Below are positions 21,562 to 31,492 of a stretch of 64,000 nucleotides of DNA, piece by piece. A program made the translations under genes and the position numbers. The stretch comes from Alphaproteobacteria bacterium (lineage in GTDB: Bacteria > Pseudomonadota > Alphaproteobacteria > MPNO01). Each line of letters begins with the position of its first letter. Position 1 is the stretch's first letter. The stretch covers positions 3,424,001-3,488,000 of the forward strand of contig OZ219866.1 of the NCBI GenBank assembly GCA_964291675.2. The letters are read 5' to 3'. Below the pieces are notes generated by a model, which worked only from the letters and a program-made list of their open reading frames with translations, was not told where the DNA came from and did no database searches.

Positions 21562-22833
21562 ATGCGGAAAGTCTCGACATCTGGAATTCTCTCCTTCGCG
21601 CTCGGCGCGCTTGCCGCCGGGGCGATGGCGTTCGGCGCCGCGGCGGCGCCGCCGAAGGGAGCGCCCAAGGCGCTCAAGGTGGCCTTCGTCGACTTCTTCT
21701 CGGGCGGCGCGGCGGTGTTCGGCGTGTCCGGCAAGGGCACGTCCGAGCTGCTGGTCGCCAAGTGGAACAAGGAAGGCGGCATCGCCGGCGTTCCGATCGA
21801 CCTGGTGCTGGTCGACGAGGGCGGCGGGCCGAAGAAGCAGGTCTCCGAGCTGCGCCGCCTGGTGCTCGACGAGAAGGTGGACGCGGTCGTCGGCTACACC
21901 TCCAGCGGCAACTGCCTGGCCATCGCGCCGGTCGCCGAGGAGCTCAAGATCCTGACCGTGGTGCATGTCTGCGGCACCCACCGCCTGACCGAGGACAACA
22001 AGCTCAAATACGTCTTCCGCACGTCGGCCAACCAGGCCGGCGACAGCGTCTCGCTCGCGCGCTACGCGCTCTCGGTCAATCCCGACATCAAGACCATCGC
22101 CGGCGCCAACGAGGACTATGCCTGGGGCCGCGATTCCTGGGAGGCGTTCAAGATCGCGATGCAGCGCCTCAAGCCGGACGTCGAGGTGGTCGCCGAGCTG
22201 TGGACCAAGTTCCAGGCCGGCGAGTACTCGGCCGAGATCTCCCGCCTGCTGGCGGCGCGGCCCGACGCGATCCATTCCAGCTTCTGGGGCGGCGGGCTGA
22301 TCACCTTCATCAAGCAGGCCAGGCCGCGCGGGCTGTTCGAGCAGAGCCTGGTGCTGCTGTCGACCGGCGAGCAGGTGCTGCAGAATGTCGGCAAGTCGAT
22401 GCCCGACGGCGTGGTCGCCGCGCCGCGCGCGACGGCCGGGTTCTTCGCCCTCAAGGGGAGCAAGGAACACCAGGAGTTCGTCGACGCGGTCTACGCGCAC
22501 AACAAGCGCTATCCCGACTACCCCGCCTACCGCACCTACCAGGCGTGGTCGGGGCTGAAGGGCGCCTATGAGAAGGCGATCGAGATGGCCGGCCGCTGGC
22601 CGACCACCGAGGAGGTCATCAAGGCCTTCGAGAACCTGAGCTGGGATACGCCGAGCGGCAGGATCACCATGCGGCCCGACCACCAGGCGGTGCATGGCGG
22701 CCTGGTCGGGGTGACCAAGTTCTCCAAGGAGCACGGCTTCGCGGTGCTGGAGAACATCGTCCACCACAAGGCGGAGGACATCACCCCGCCGCTCGGCACC
22801 AAGACCCTGGACTGGGTGCGGAGCATCAAGTAG
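21562..22833 (+). CDS. Liv-type ABC substrate-binding protein 2
   Basis: RBS ggagg; paralogue of 16633-17952 (VVGYTSSG, DYAWGRD, SSFWGG). Confidence 0.9.
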   Translation: MRKVSTSGILSFALGALAAGAMAFGAAAAPPKGAPKALKVAFVDFFSGGAAVFGVSGKGTSELLVAKWNKEGGIAGVPIDLVLVDEGGGPKKQVSELRRLVLDEKVDAVVGYTSSGNCLAIAPVAEELKILTVVHVCGTHRLTEDNKLKYVFRTSANQAGDSVSLARYALSVNPDIKTIAGANEDYAWGRDSWEAFKIAMQRLKPDVEVVAELWTKFQAGEYSAEISRLLAARPDAIHSSFWGGGLITFIKQARPRGLFEQSLVLLSTGEQVLQNVGKSMPDGVVAAPRATAGFFALKGSKEHQEFVDAVYAHNKRYPDYPAYRTYQAWSGLKGAYEKAIEMAGRWPTTEEVIKAFENLSWDTPSGRITMRPDHQAVHGGLVGVTKFSKEHGFAVLENIVHHKAEDITPPLGTKTLDWVRSIK

Positions 22834-22940
22834 CCGGCCGTTTCGCGGCCTGCCGAGCCGCGGCGCGAGGGGGGACGAGCCCCCCTCGCGGGCCGGCTCG
22901 GACGGCCGTTCCGGGGTAGACAGCAGGGATCCGGCGCGGG

Positions 22941-23837
22941 ATGAACCTTCTCACCATCATCGTCTTCGACGCGATCAACTACGCGGCGACGCTGTTCCTG
23001 CTGTCGGTCGGGTTGACCGTCGTCTTCGGCGTCATGCGCATCCTCAACGTCTCGCATGGCGGCATCTACGCGCTCGGCGCCTATATGGGCACCTGGCTCG
23101 CGCTCTGGGTGCTGGAGGTCGACCTGCCGCCGGTGCTCACCTATCTGATGCTGCTGCTGGGCGCGCTGATCATCGGCTTCCTGCTCGGACCGATCATCGA
23201 GCGCCTGCTGTTGCGCCGCATCTACGGCAGCGACATGCACATCCAGCTGCTGCTCACCTTCTCGATCCTGCTGATCCTCGATGACAGCATGAAGCTGATC
23301 TGGGGGATGGAGCCGCTGTTCATCTCCGAGCCCTACTCGATGCTGGGCCGGTTCAAGGTGGGCGGGATCATCTACCCCTGGTACGACTTCGTGCTGGTGG
23401 GCGTCGCGGTGGTGTTCGGCGCCGCGCTGGTCTGGATGGTGCGGGCCACGCGCTTCGGCAAGCTGGTCATCGCGGTGATCGCCGACCGCGAGGTGAGCCA
23501 GGCCATCGGCATCAACGTCAACCTGATCTTCACCGTCGCCTTCACCGTGGGCGCGCTGGCCGCGGCGCTCGGCGGCGCCTTCGTCGCGCCCAAGATCGCC
23601 GTGGTGCCGCAATTCGCGCTGGAGGTCGTGGTGCTCGCCTTCGCGGTGATCGCCATCGGCGGCATGGGCAGTATCGAGGGCGCGGCGGTCGGCGCCGTCG
23701 TCGTCAGCTTCGCGCGCGCGCTCGCCATCCATCTCGCGCCCGAGGTCGAGCTCATGGCGGTCTACCTGATCATGATCCTGGTGCTGGTGATCCGGCCCCA
23801 GGGGCTCTTCGGCGAAGTGGAGCTCCGACGGATATGA
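22941..23837 (+). CDS. Liv-type permease (LivH-like)
   Basis: LNVSHGG, IGGMGS, RPQGLFG. Confidence 0.9.
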   Translation: MNLLTIIVFDAINYAATLFLLSVGLTVVFGVMRILNVSHGGIYALGAYMGTWLALWVLEVDLPPVLTYLMLLLGALIIGFLLGPIIERLLLRRIYGSDMHIQLLLTFSILLILDDSMKLIWGMEPLFISEPYSMLGRFKVGGIIYPWYDFVLVGVAVVFGAALVWMVRATRFGKLVIAVIADREVSQAIGINVNLIFTVAFTVGALAAALGGAFVAPKIAVVPQFALEVVVLAFAVIAIGGMGSIEGAAVGAVVVSFARALAIHLAPEVELMAVYLIMILVLVIRPQGLFGEVELRRI

Positions 23838-24802
23838 TGAACTGGAGAGCCCTGCCGCGCGCCGGCGTGGCCGCCGCAGCCCTGCTGATCGCGGTGCCGC
23901 CCTTCCTGCCCGGCTGGATCCTGTTCGTGCTCACCAAGGCGATGTTCATGTTCATCGCGGTGATGGGCGTGTCGGTCCTCTTGCGCGGCGGGCTCCTGAC
24001 CTTCGGCCACGCGCTCTACTACGCGACCGGCGCCTATGCGGTCGGGTTCTGCGTCAAGTGGCTGGGCGTCAAGGAGCTGCTCTTCCTGGTTCCGCTCGGC
24101 GCGCTCGCGGGCTTCATCATGGCCGCGCTGGTCGGCATCGTCATGGCGCGCTACCGCGAGGTCTTCTTCGCCATGCTGAACCTCGCCTTCTCGATGATGC
24201 TGTTCGGCGCCCTGCTCAAGCTCTACTGGGTCACCGGCGGCACCGACGGGCTGGCGATCGGCACCGCGACGCTGGCCGGGATCACCCTGCCGGGCGATTC
24301 CTACGGCTACTACTATTTCGCGCTGACCATGGTGGGCGTCGTCACGCTGGTGGTCTATCGCTTCATGGCCTCGCCCGCCGGGTACTTCCTGCGCGCGATG
24401 TACGACAACGAGATCCGCATCGAGTATTCCGGGGTCGCGGTCCGCCAGGTGGTCTACCGGACCTACCTGCTGGCCGGCACGCTGGGCGGGGTGGCGGGGG
24501 TGATGGCGGCCTTCACCATCGGCCATATCGTGCCGGAGGACGCGTTCTGGATCCAGTCGGGCGAGTTCGTCTTCGTCGCCCTGCTGGGCGGGTTCGGCGG
24601 CGTGCCGGGGCCGATGCTGGGCGCGCTGGTCTTCGAGTTCCTGCAGACCTACGCGTCGAAATACTTCCCGCTCGCCTGGCAGATGATGATGGGCATCATC
24701 ATGCTGGTGATCATCCTGTTCCAGCCGGGCGGGCTGTGGGCGATCTACCAGCGCATCGAGGCGCGGATCACCGGCAAGGACAGAGGGGGCGACCATCACT
24801 GA
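23834..24802 (+). CDS. Liv-type permease (LivM-like)
   Basis: TFGHALYY, TGGTDG, PGGL. Confidence 0.88.
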   Translation: MMNWRALPRAGVAAAALLIAVPPFLPGWILFVLTKAMFMFIAVMGVSVLLRGGLLTFGHALYYATGAYAVGFCVKWLGVKELLFLVPLGALAGFIMAALVGIVMARYREVFFAMLNLAFSMMLFGALLKLYWVTGGTDGLAIGTATLAGITLPGDSYGYYYFALTMVGVVTLVVYRFMASPAGYFLRAMYDNEIRIEYSGVAVRQVVYRTYLLAGTLGGVAGVMAAFTIGHIVPEDAFWIQSGEFVFVALLGGFGGVPGPMLGALVFEFLQTYASKYFPLAWQMMMGIIMLVIILFQPGGLWAIYQRIEARITGKDRGGDHH

Positions 24803-25550
24803 CACCACCCCCATCCTCCAGACCGTCGCGATCAACCGCTCCTTCGGCGCGGTGATCGCCGCCGACGACCTCAATATCGAGGTCGGCAATGGCGAGCTGG
24901 TCGGCATCGTCGGCGCCAACGGGTCCGGCAAGACGACCTTCCTCAACCTGATCACCGGCTACCTCAAGCCGGAGAGCGGGCGCATCCTGGTGATGGGCCA
25001 GGACACCACCGACCTGGCGCCGCGCGATCTCGCCAAGCGCGGCGTCGCGCGCTCGTTCCAGATCCCGCAGCTCTACACCAACATGACCGTGCTGGAGGGC
25101 GTGCTGCTGTCGCTCGCCGCCACGTCGGGCGAGTCGAGCAATTTCTGGCGGCCGCTGCACCGCGATCCCTGGGAGCCCGAGGCGTGGGAGATCCTCAACC
25201 GCTTCGGCCTCGAATCCTACGCCAACCGGCCGGTGAGCGAGCTCCCCGAGGGCGGCCGCAAGCTGTTGGACATCGCGCTCTCCTTCGCCCTCAAGCCGAC
25301 GCTCCTGGTGATGGACGAGCCGACCAGCGGGGTCAGCATCGAGGACAAGTTCCAGGTCATGGACACGCTGGTGGGCGTGCTCAGGGAGGGCGACATCACG
25401 ACCATCTTCGTCGAGCACGACATGGACGTCGTCCAGCGCTACGGCAGGCGGGTGCTGGTGTTCGACACCGGAAGGGTGGTCGCCGACGGCGAGCCGGAGA
25501 GCGTGCTGGCCCAGCCCGAGGTCCGGCGCGCCGTTCTGGGGCACGACTGA
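24795..25550 (+). CDS. Liv-type ATPase (LivG-like); start probably ATC at 24795 (first canonical start 24852)
   Basis: GANGSGKTT, DEPTSG, VEHDM; similarity to the paralogue extends upstream of 24852. Confidence 0.85.
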   Translation: MTDTTPILQTVAINRSFGAVIAADDLNIEVGNGELVGIVGANGSGKTTFLNLITGYLKPESGRILVMGQDTTDLAPRDLAKRGVARSFQIPQLYTNMTVLEGVLLSLAATSGESSNFWRPLHRDPWEPEAWEILNRFGLESYANRPVSELPEGGRKLLDIALSFALKPTLLVMDEPTSGVSIEDKFQVMDTLVGVLREGDITTIFVEHDMDVVQRYGRRVLVFDTGRVVADGEPESVLAQPEVRRAVLGHD

Positions 25551-25551
25551 C

Positions 25552-26202
25552 ATGCTGAAGCTCGGCGACATCAGGGTGACCATCAAGACCTTCGTGATCC
25601 TGCGCGGGATCAGCCTCGACATCCCGCAAGGCGAGATGGTCGCGCTGGTGGGCCGCAACGGGGCCGGCAAGACGACGACGCTCAAGAGCGTCATGGGGCT
25701 GGTGCCGGTGGTCGGCGGCGGCATCGAGCTCGACGGCGAGAACCTGCTCGAGGTGCCGGGACACCAGCGCGCCCGGCGCGGCATCGGCTACATGCCCGAG
25801 GACCGCCGGCTGATCGGCTCGCTGACGGTCGAGGACAACATCCTGCTGCCGGCCTGGGCCGCCAAGGCGGAGAACCCCGGGGAGCGGCTGCGCTACATCT
25901 ACGACCGGATGCCCGACCTCGCGCCGCTGGTGAACCGCCGCGCCTCGATGCTGAGCGGCGGGCAGCAGAAGATGGCCGCGCTCGCCCGCTCGCTGATGAG
26001 CGGCACCAAGCTGCTGCTGCTGGACGAGCCGTTCGAGGGGCTGTCGCCCGGCCTCGGCGACAAGCTGGGCGAGACCATCCGCCAGCTCCAGCAGGACGGG
26101 CTCACCGTGCTGATCGCCGAATCCGACGACAAGCGCGTCGAGTTCGTCGAGCAGAGCTACATGATCGAGCGCGGCCAGAACGTCGACCAAGACGAGGGCT
26201 GA
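25552..26202 (+). CDS. Liv-type ATPase (LivF-like)
   Basis: GRNGAGKTT, PEDRR, LSGGQQK. Confidence 0.9.
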   Translation: MLKLGDIRVTIKTFVILRGISLDIPQGEMVALVGRNGAGKTTTLKSVMGLVPVVGGGIELDGENLLEVPGHQRARRGIGYMPEDRRLIGSLTVEDNILLPAWAAKAENPGERLRYIYDRMPDLAPLVNRRASMLSGGQQKMAALARSLMSGTKLLLLDEPFEGLSPGLGDKLGETIRQLQQDGLTVLIAESDDKRVEFVEQSYMIERGQNVDQDEG

Positions 26203-26290
26203 AGCCCCGGCAAGGCGCGCTTCCACGCCCGTCCTTCGATACGGGCTTATGACCATTACTTGACGAGCGGGACGCCGACGACACTTCTTC

Positions 26291-26507
26291 CGTCATGCCC
26301 GGCCCCCGGACTTGATCCGGGAACCGGCCATGACGTGGTTGGGGGAGCGCCAACACCCACACCCACACCCCCTCCCGTCATGCCCGGACTTGATCCGGGC
26401 ACCCACTGGCGCCGCCGGCCCTCCCGACGGGGCGTTTTACCGGTGGCGCCAGTGGTTGCGCGGATCGAGTCCGCGCATGGGTGGCCGGATCAAGTCCGGC
26501 CATGACG
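26291..26507. repeat. Two alphaproteobacterial REP/RPE-like palindromic elements
   Basis: cgtcatgcccgg..acttgatccggg..ccggccatgacg (26291-26335) and cgtcatgcccggacttgatccgggc...ccggatcaagtccggccatgacg (26376-26507). Confidence 0.75.
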
Positions 26508-26664
26508 TTGGGGGGAGGGGAGGGAGGCCGGGGGCGACGGCACAAGACCACGACGCGACGAACGCGCAGCGATCCGCGTCCCGCTCCGCCCCGCCCCGCA
26601 ACCTTGGCGGCCCCGCGAACTCGCCTATAGTAGCGCTCGCATCGCCGGGCCCAGGGGAGGGGAC

Positions 26665-27678
26665 ATGATCATCGATTGCCACGCCCATGTGAGCGCGCCG
26701 GCCGAGCTGTGGGCCTACAAGGCGACGCTGCTGGCGCATCGCGGCTCGCACGGGCGCGGCCGGGTGAGCGTCAGCGACGACGACATCCGCGAGGCGGTCG
26801 AGAAGAAGCACTTCCCGGGCTCCGGCCACAGCCACATGGGCTATATCGATGCGCTCGGCACCGACATGCAGCTTGTCTCGCCGCGCCCCTTCCAGCTCAT
26901 GCATTCCGAGAAGCCGGCCCGCCTCGTGCAGTGGTTCCACGAGGAATGCAACGACATGATCCACCGGGAGACCCAGCTCTACCCCGACCGCTTCGTCGGC
27001 ATCGCCGGGCTTCCCCAGCCCGCCGGCGAGCCGCTCGACATGGCGATCCGGGAGCTGGAGCGCTGCGTGGGCGAGCTCGGCTTCAAGGGCTGCCTGCTGA
27101 ACCCCGACCCCTACGAGAACACCGGAATCCATCCGCCGGCGCTCGGCGACCGCTACTGGTACCCGCTCTACGAGAAGCTCTGCGAGCTCGACGTGCCGGC
27201 GCATATCCACGGCACCGGGTCGCGGTCGGAGCGCGAGCCCTACTCGCTCCGCTTCATCAACGAGGAGACCACCGCGGTCTACGGGCTGGTCAACTCGGCC
27301 GTGCTCGACGACTTTCCCGACCTCAAGATCGTCGTCAGCCATGGCGGCGGCGCGATCCCCTACCAGCTCGGGCGCTTCGAATCGGGGACGCTGCGCCGCC
27401 AGGGGGCGGAGCGGTTCAGCCAACGCATGCGCCGCCTCTACTACGATACCGTGCTCTACACCCCCGAGGCGATCGAGCTGCTGATCCGGGTGGCCGGCGT
27501 CGACCGGTGCCTGTTCGGCGCCGAATGCCCGGGCGTCGGCTCGTCGATCGACCCCGACACGGGACGCCACATGGACGACGTCGCGCACCACATCCAGGGC
27601 TTCGCGTGGCTGTCGGACGCCGACAAGGACAAGATTCTGGCCGGCAACGCGCGCCGCGTCTTCAGGCTGGAGGCGTGA
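26665..27678 (+). CDS. ligY: OH-DDVA meta-cleavage compound hydrolase (amidohydrolase 2)
   Basis: MIIDCHAHVSAPAELWAYKATLLAHRGSHGRG, LLNPDPYEN, GDRYWYPLYEKLCELD and ECPGVGS match Sphingobium SYK-6 LigY as recalled. Confidence 0.85.
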   Translation: MIIDCHAHVSAPAELWAYKATLLAHRGSHGRGRVSVSDDDIREAVEKKHFPGSGHSHMGYIDALGTDMQLVSPRPFQLMHSEKPARLVQWFHEECNDMIHRETQLYPDRFVGIAGLPQPAGEPLDMAIRELERCVGELGFKGCLLNPDPYENTGIHPPALGDRYWYPLYEKLCELDVPAHIHGTGSRSEREPYSLRFINEETTAVYGLVNSAVLDDFPDLKIVVSHGGGAIPYQLGRFESGTLRRQGAERFSQRMRRLYYDTVLYTPEAIELLIRVAGVDRCLFGAECPGVGSSIDPDTGRHMDDVAHHIQGFAWLSDADKDKILAGNARRVFRLEA

Positions 27679-27705
27679 GCCGGGGCGCCGCGCGGGAATC
27701 CCGGG

Positions 27706-28623
27706 GTGGGACGCTTCTTCGCACAAAGGCTGGGCGTGGCGCTGCTCGTCGCGGTGACGGTGTCGATCATCGGCTTCGCGCTGCTGCGGGTCTCCGGCGA
27801 CCTCGCCGCCGACCTCGCCGGCGAGGACGCGACGCCCGCCGAGATCGCCGAGATCGCCGCGCTCTACGGCCTCGACAAGCCGCTGCACGAGCAATACCTG
27901 GACTGGGCGTGGAGCGCGCTCGGCGGCGATCTCGGGCAGTCGCTGTTCACCAACGAGCCGGTGATGGACCTGATCCTCGAACGGGTCGGGGTGACGATCC
28001 TGCTCTCGCTCTATTCCCTCATCCTGGCGCTCGCGATCGCCATCCCGCTCGGCGTGCTGGCGGCGATCAGGGCCAACACGGCGATCGACAGGGCGGCGCT
28101 CGGAATCGCCGTGTTCGGCCAGGCGATCCCCAATTTCTGGTTCGGGCTGATCCTGATCTACCTGTTCGGCGTGGTGCTCAGGTGGCTGCCGATCTCGGGG
28201 TCGGCCAGCTTCGCCCATTTCATTCTGCCGACGCTGGCGCTCGGCACCGCGGTGATGCCGGCCCTGATGCGGCTGACCCGGACCGGCATGCTGGAGGTGC
28301 TGGAAGCCGATTTCGTCAGGACCGCGCGGGCCAAGGGGCTCTCTCCCGGCAGGGTCTTCTTCAAGCACGCGCTCCGCAACGCGATCCTGCCGGTGGTCTC
28401 GCTCGCCGCGGTCTCTCTGGGCTTCCTGCTCGGCGGATCGGTGATCGTCGAGACCGTGTTCGCGCTCAACGGAATCGGGCTGCTGGCCTACGAGTCGATC
28501 CTCAGGAGCGATTTCCCCGTCGTCCAGTCGATCCTGGTCTTCGTGTCGCTCGCCTATATCGTGCTCACGCTGGCGTCCGACCTGATCAACGCCCGCCTCG
28601 ACCCCCGCATCCGCCTCGGCTAG
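27706..28623 (+). CDS. Peptide/nickel ABC permease (DppB-like)
   Basis: GLDKPL..QY, RTARAKGL, HALRNA, LDPRIR. Confidence 0.92.
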   Translation: MGRFFAQRLGVALLVAVTVSIIGFALLRVSGDLAADLAGEDATPAEIAEIAALYGLDKPLHEQYLDWAWSALGGDLGQSLFTNEPVMDLILERVGVTILLSLYSLILALAIAIPLGVLAAIRANTAIDRAALGIAVFGQAIPNFWFGLILIYLFGVVLRWLPISGSASFAHFILPTLALGTAVMPALMRLTRTGMLEVLEADFVRTARAKGLSPGRVFFKHALRNAILPVVSLAAVSLGFLLGGSVIVETVFALNGIGLLAYESILRSDFPVVQSILVFVSLAYIVLTLASDLINARLDPRIRLG

Positions 28624-28626
28624 GTG

Positions 28627-29529
28627 ATGGCGGGCGACATTTTCGCAGACGAGTTCCGGGTCGACGCGCCGACGCCGCGCGAGGTCATGCGCCGCCGGGC
28701 GCGGAGCCATGTCGGCTTCCTGGCCGGCGCCGGGTTCGTGCTCGCCGTGGTTCTGCTGGCGGTCTTCGCGCCCTGGGTCTCGCCGTCGGACCCGTTCACC
28801 CAGGACCTCGATGCCCGGCTGATCGACCCGATCTGGGGCAAGGGCGGGAGCTGGGCGCATCCGCTGGGCACCGATTCGCTCGGCCGGGACTATCTGACGC
28901 GCATCCTGTTCGGCGCGCGCATCTCGCTGCTCATCGGGTTCGGCGCGGCGGTCATCTCCGGCGTCGTGGGGTCGAGCGTCGGCATCGTCGGCGGCTATTT
29001 CGGCGGCCGGGTCGACGCCGTCGTGATGTACCTGATCAACGTGAAGCTGGCGCTGCCCGGCATCCTGATCGCGCTGTCGCTGGTCTCGGTCTTCGGCGGC
29101 TCGCTGATCGCGCTCATCGCCATTCTCGGCTTCCTGTTCTGGGACCGCTTCGCGGTGGTCACGCGGAGCGTCACCCAGCAGATCAGGGGGCAGGAGTTCG
29201 TCGCCGCCGCCGAGGCGGTCGGCGCGTCGCACGCGCGCATCGTCGTCCAGGAGATCCTGCCCAACGTGATGAGCCACATCATCGTCATCGCCAGCCTCGA
29301 AATGGCCATCGCCATACTGGTCGAGGCCGTGCTGTCCTTTCTCGGCCTCGGAATCCAGCCGCCCACCCCGTCCTGGGGGCTGCTGATCTCCGAAGGGCGG
29401 AACTTCATGTTCTTCAAGCCCTGGCTGATCGCGCTGCCCGGGCTGGCGCTGTTCTTCCTGGTGATCGCGATCAACCTGATGGGCGACGGGATCCGCGACA
29501 TCACCGTGCCCGAAGGCCGCGGCCGGTGA
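28627..29529 (+). CDS. Peptide/nickel ABC permease (DppC-like)
   Basis: HPLGTDSLGRD, LSFLGLG..PSWG. Confidence 0.92.
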   Translation: MAGDIFADEFRVDAPTPREVMRRRARSHVGFLAGAGFVLAVVLLAVFAPWVSPSDPFTQDLDARLIDPIWGKGGSWAHPLGTDSLGRDYLTRILFGARISLLIGFGAAVISGVVGSSVGIVGGYFGGRVDAVVMYLINVKLALPGILIALSLVSVFGGSLIALIAILGFLFWDRFAVVTRSVTQQIRGQEFVAAAEAVGASHARIVVQEILPNVMSHIIVIASLEMAIAILVEAVLSFLGLGIQPPTPSWGLLISEGRNFMFFKPWLIALPGLALFFLVIAINLMGDGIRDITVPEGRGR

Positions 29530-30524
29530 CGGGCGATGCCATCCTGCGGGTGCGCGGCCTCTCGGTCGAGATCGCGCTGCCCTCGGGCACGCTGCATGCG
29601 GTCAGCAATGTGGACCTGGAGGCGGCGCGCGGCGAGACGCTGGCGATCGTGGGCGAATCGGGCTGCGGCAAGACGATGACCGCGCTCGCGGTGTTGCGCC
29701 TGCTGCCGCGCCGGGCCCGGCTCGCGGCGCGGCGGATCGAGCTCTTGGGAACCGATCTCCGCGCGCTCTCCGACAGGGCGTTCTCCGACATGCGCGGCAA
29801 CCGGATGAGCATGATCTTCCAGGACCCGATGACCGCGCTCAACCCGGTCTACCCGATCGGCGACCAGCTCGAGGAGATCCACATGCGCCACCGCGGGAGC
29901 GGCCGCCGCGAAGCCCGCGACCGCGCCGAGCACCTGCTCGACCGGGTGGGCATCGTCAATCCGGGCGCGCGGCTCGGCCAGTTCCCGCACCAGCTCTCGG
30001 GCGGGCTCCGGCAGCGCATCGTGATCGCGATGGCGCTGATGTGCGATCCCGACCTGATCGTCGCCGACGAGCCGACCACGGCGCTCGACGTCACCGTGCA
30101 GGCGCAGGTGCTTCGCCTGCTCAAGGACTTGCAGGCCGAGTTCAACATGGCGCTGATCCTGATCTCCCACGATCTCGGCGTCGTCGCGCGGATCGCCGAC
30201 CGGATCGCCGTCATGTATGCCGGGCGCGTGGTCGAGGCCGGGTCGAGCCGGCAGATCTTCGGCGCGCCGACCCACCCCTATACGCGCGGGCTGATCGACT
30301 GCATCCCCTGGCCGGGCAGGACGGAACGGCGGACCCGGCTGGGCTCGATCCCGGGCATCGTGCCCTCGATGATCGGCGAGGACCGCGGATGCGGGTTCCG
30401 CAACCGCTGCGCCTGGGCGGAGGAACGCTGCCGCACGGGCGGCAACGCCGAACGCCGGATCGAGGAGGGCCACAGCTACCGCTGCGTCCATCCCGTCGCG
30501 CATCTGCGCGGCCCGGCGCCGTGA
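29526..30524 (+). CDS. Peptide ABC ATPase (DppD-like)
   Basis: GESGCGKT, IFQDPMTALNP, HPYT, GCGFRNRC. Confidence 0.9.
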   Translation: MTGDAILRVRGLSVEIALPSGTLHAVSNVDLEAARGETLAIVGESGCGKTMTALAVLRLLPRRARLAARRIELLGTDLRALSDRAFSDMRGNRMSMIFQDPMTALNPVYPIGDQLEEIHMRHRGSGRREARDRAEHLLDRVGIVNPGARLGQFPHQLSGGLRQRIVIAMALMCDPDLIVADEPTTALDVTVQAQVLRLLKDLQAEFNMALILISHDLGVVARIADRIAVMYAGRVVEAGSSRQIFGAPTHPYTRGLIDCIPWPGRTERRTRLGSIPGIVPSMIGEDRGCGFRNRCAWAEERCRTGGNAERRIEEGHSYRCVHPVAHLRGPAP

Positions 30525-31492
30525 CCGTCCCGGTGCTCGAATGCGACCGCGTCACCCGGTTGTTCCGGGTCAGGCGGGGGCTGTTCGAGACCCCGGCCAC
30601 GCTGCGCGCGGTGGACGATGTCTCCTTCTCGGTGCGGGAGGGCGAGGTGCTCGCCATCGTCGGCGAATCGGGCTGCGGCAAGACCACGCTCGCGCGCATG
30701 CTGCTCGGGCTTCTCGCGCCGTCCGGCGGGTCGATCCGCTTCGCCGGACGGCCGATGCGGGAAGTCGGCCGCGCGCGGATCGCCGCCCGCGTCCAGCCCG
30801 TCTTCCAGGACCCCTATTCGTCGCTCAACCCGCGCAAGACGCTGGGGCAGATCGTCGGCCTGCCGCTCGCCGTCCACCGCATCGGCAGCGAGCCGGAGCG
30901 CCGGTCGCGGGTCGCCGAGATCATGGAGCTGGTCGGCCTGCCGGCGCATCTGGTGCACGCCTATCCGAACCAGCTCTCCGGCGGCCAGCGCCAGCGCGTC
31001 GCCATCGCCCGCGCGCTGGCGATCCAGCCCGCCATCGTCGTCTTCGACGAGCCCACCTCGGCGCTCGACGTGTCGGTGCAGGCGCAGATCCTGAACCTGC
31101 TGCTGGAGCTCAGGCGGAGCCTCAACCTGACCTACGTGTTCATCAGCCACGACCTCGCCGTGGTCGAGCACATCGCCGACCGGGTGGCGGTGATGTATCT
31201 CGGCCGGCTGGTGGAGCTGGGCGGGACGGCCTCGATCTTCGAGTCCCCCCGCCACCCCTATACCGAGACCCTGCTGCGCTCGATCCTGACGCCCGACCCG
31301 GCGCTCGGCCTGCCGCCCGGGCCGTTCGGCGGAGACTTCCCCGACCCGCTCGACCCGCCGCCCGGCTGCCGCTTCCACCCGCGCTGCCCGAGCGCGATGG
31401 AGACTTGCCGCGCGAAGCCGCCCGCGACGGTGACCGATCCCGCGGGCCGCGTAGAATGCCACCTGTATGACGGTGAGACCCATGACCGATGA
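30521..31492 (+). CDS. Peptide ABC ATPase (DppF-like)
   Basis: GESGCGKTT, FQDPYSSLNPR, PPGCRFHPRC. Confidence 0.9.
   Translation: MTVPVLECDRVTRLFRVRRGLFETPATLRAVDDVSFSVREGEVLAIVGESGCGKTTLARMLLGLLAPSGGSIRFAGRPMREVGRARIAARVQPVFQDPYSSLNPRKTLGQIVGLPLAVHRIGSEPERRSRVAEIMELVGLPAHLVHAYPNQLSGGQRQRVAIARALAIQPAIVVFDEPTSALDVSVQAQILNLLLELRRSLNLTYVFISHDLAVVEHIADRVAVMYLGRLVELGGTASIFESPRHPYTETLLRSILTPDPALGLPPGPFGGDFPDPLDPPPGCRFHPRCPSAMETCRAKPPATVTDPAGRVECHLYDGETHDR

Noticed and set aside
26665-27678. Annotation as LigJ 4-oxalomesaconate hydratase
   Set aside because: The N-terminus and later motifs match LigY as recalled, not LigJ (HGHYTT), and ligZ and ligXa homologues are nearby.
26437-30524. Very long ORFs (26676-30524, 26437-29277, also 4279-7923 and 20851-22833) as giant proteins
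   Set aside because: These are Arg/Gly/Pro-rich off-frame or antisense shadows typical of high-GC DNA. Only the C-terminal parts of some correspond to real genes.
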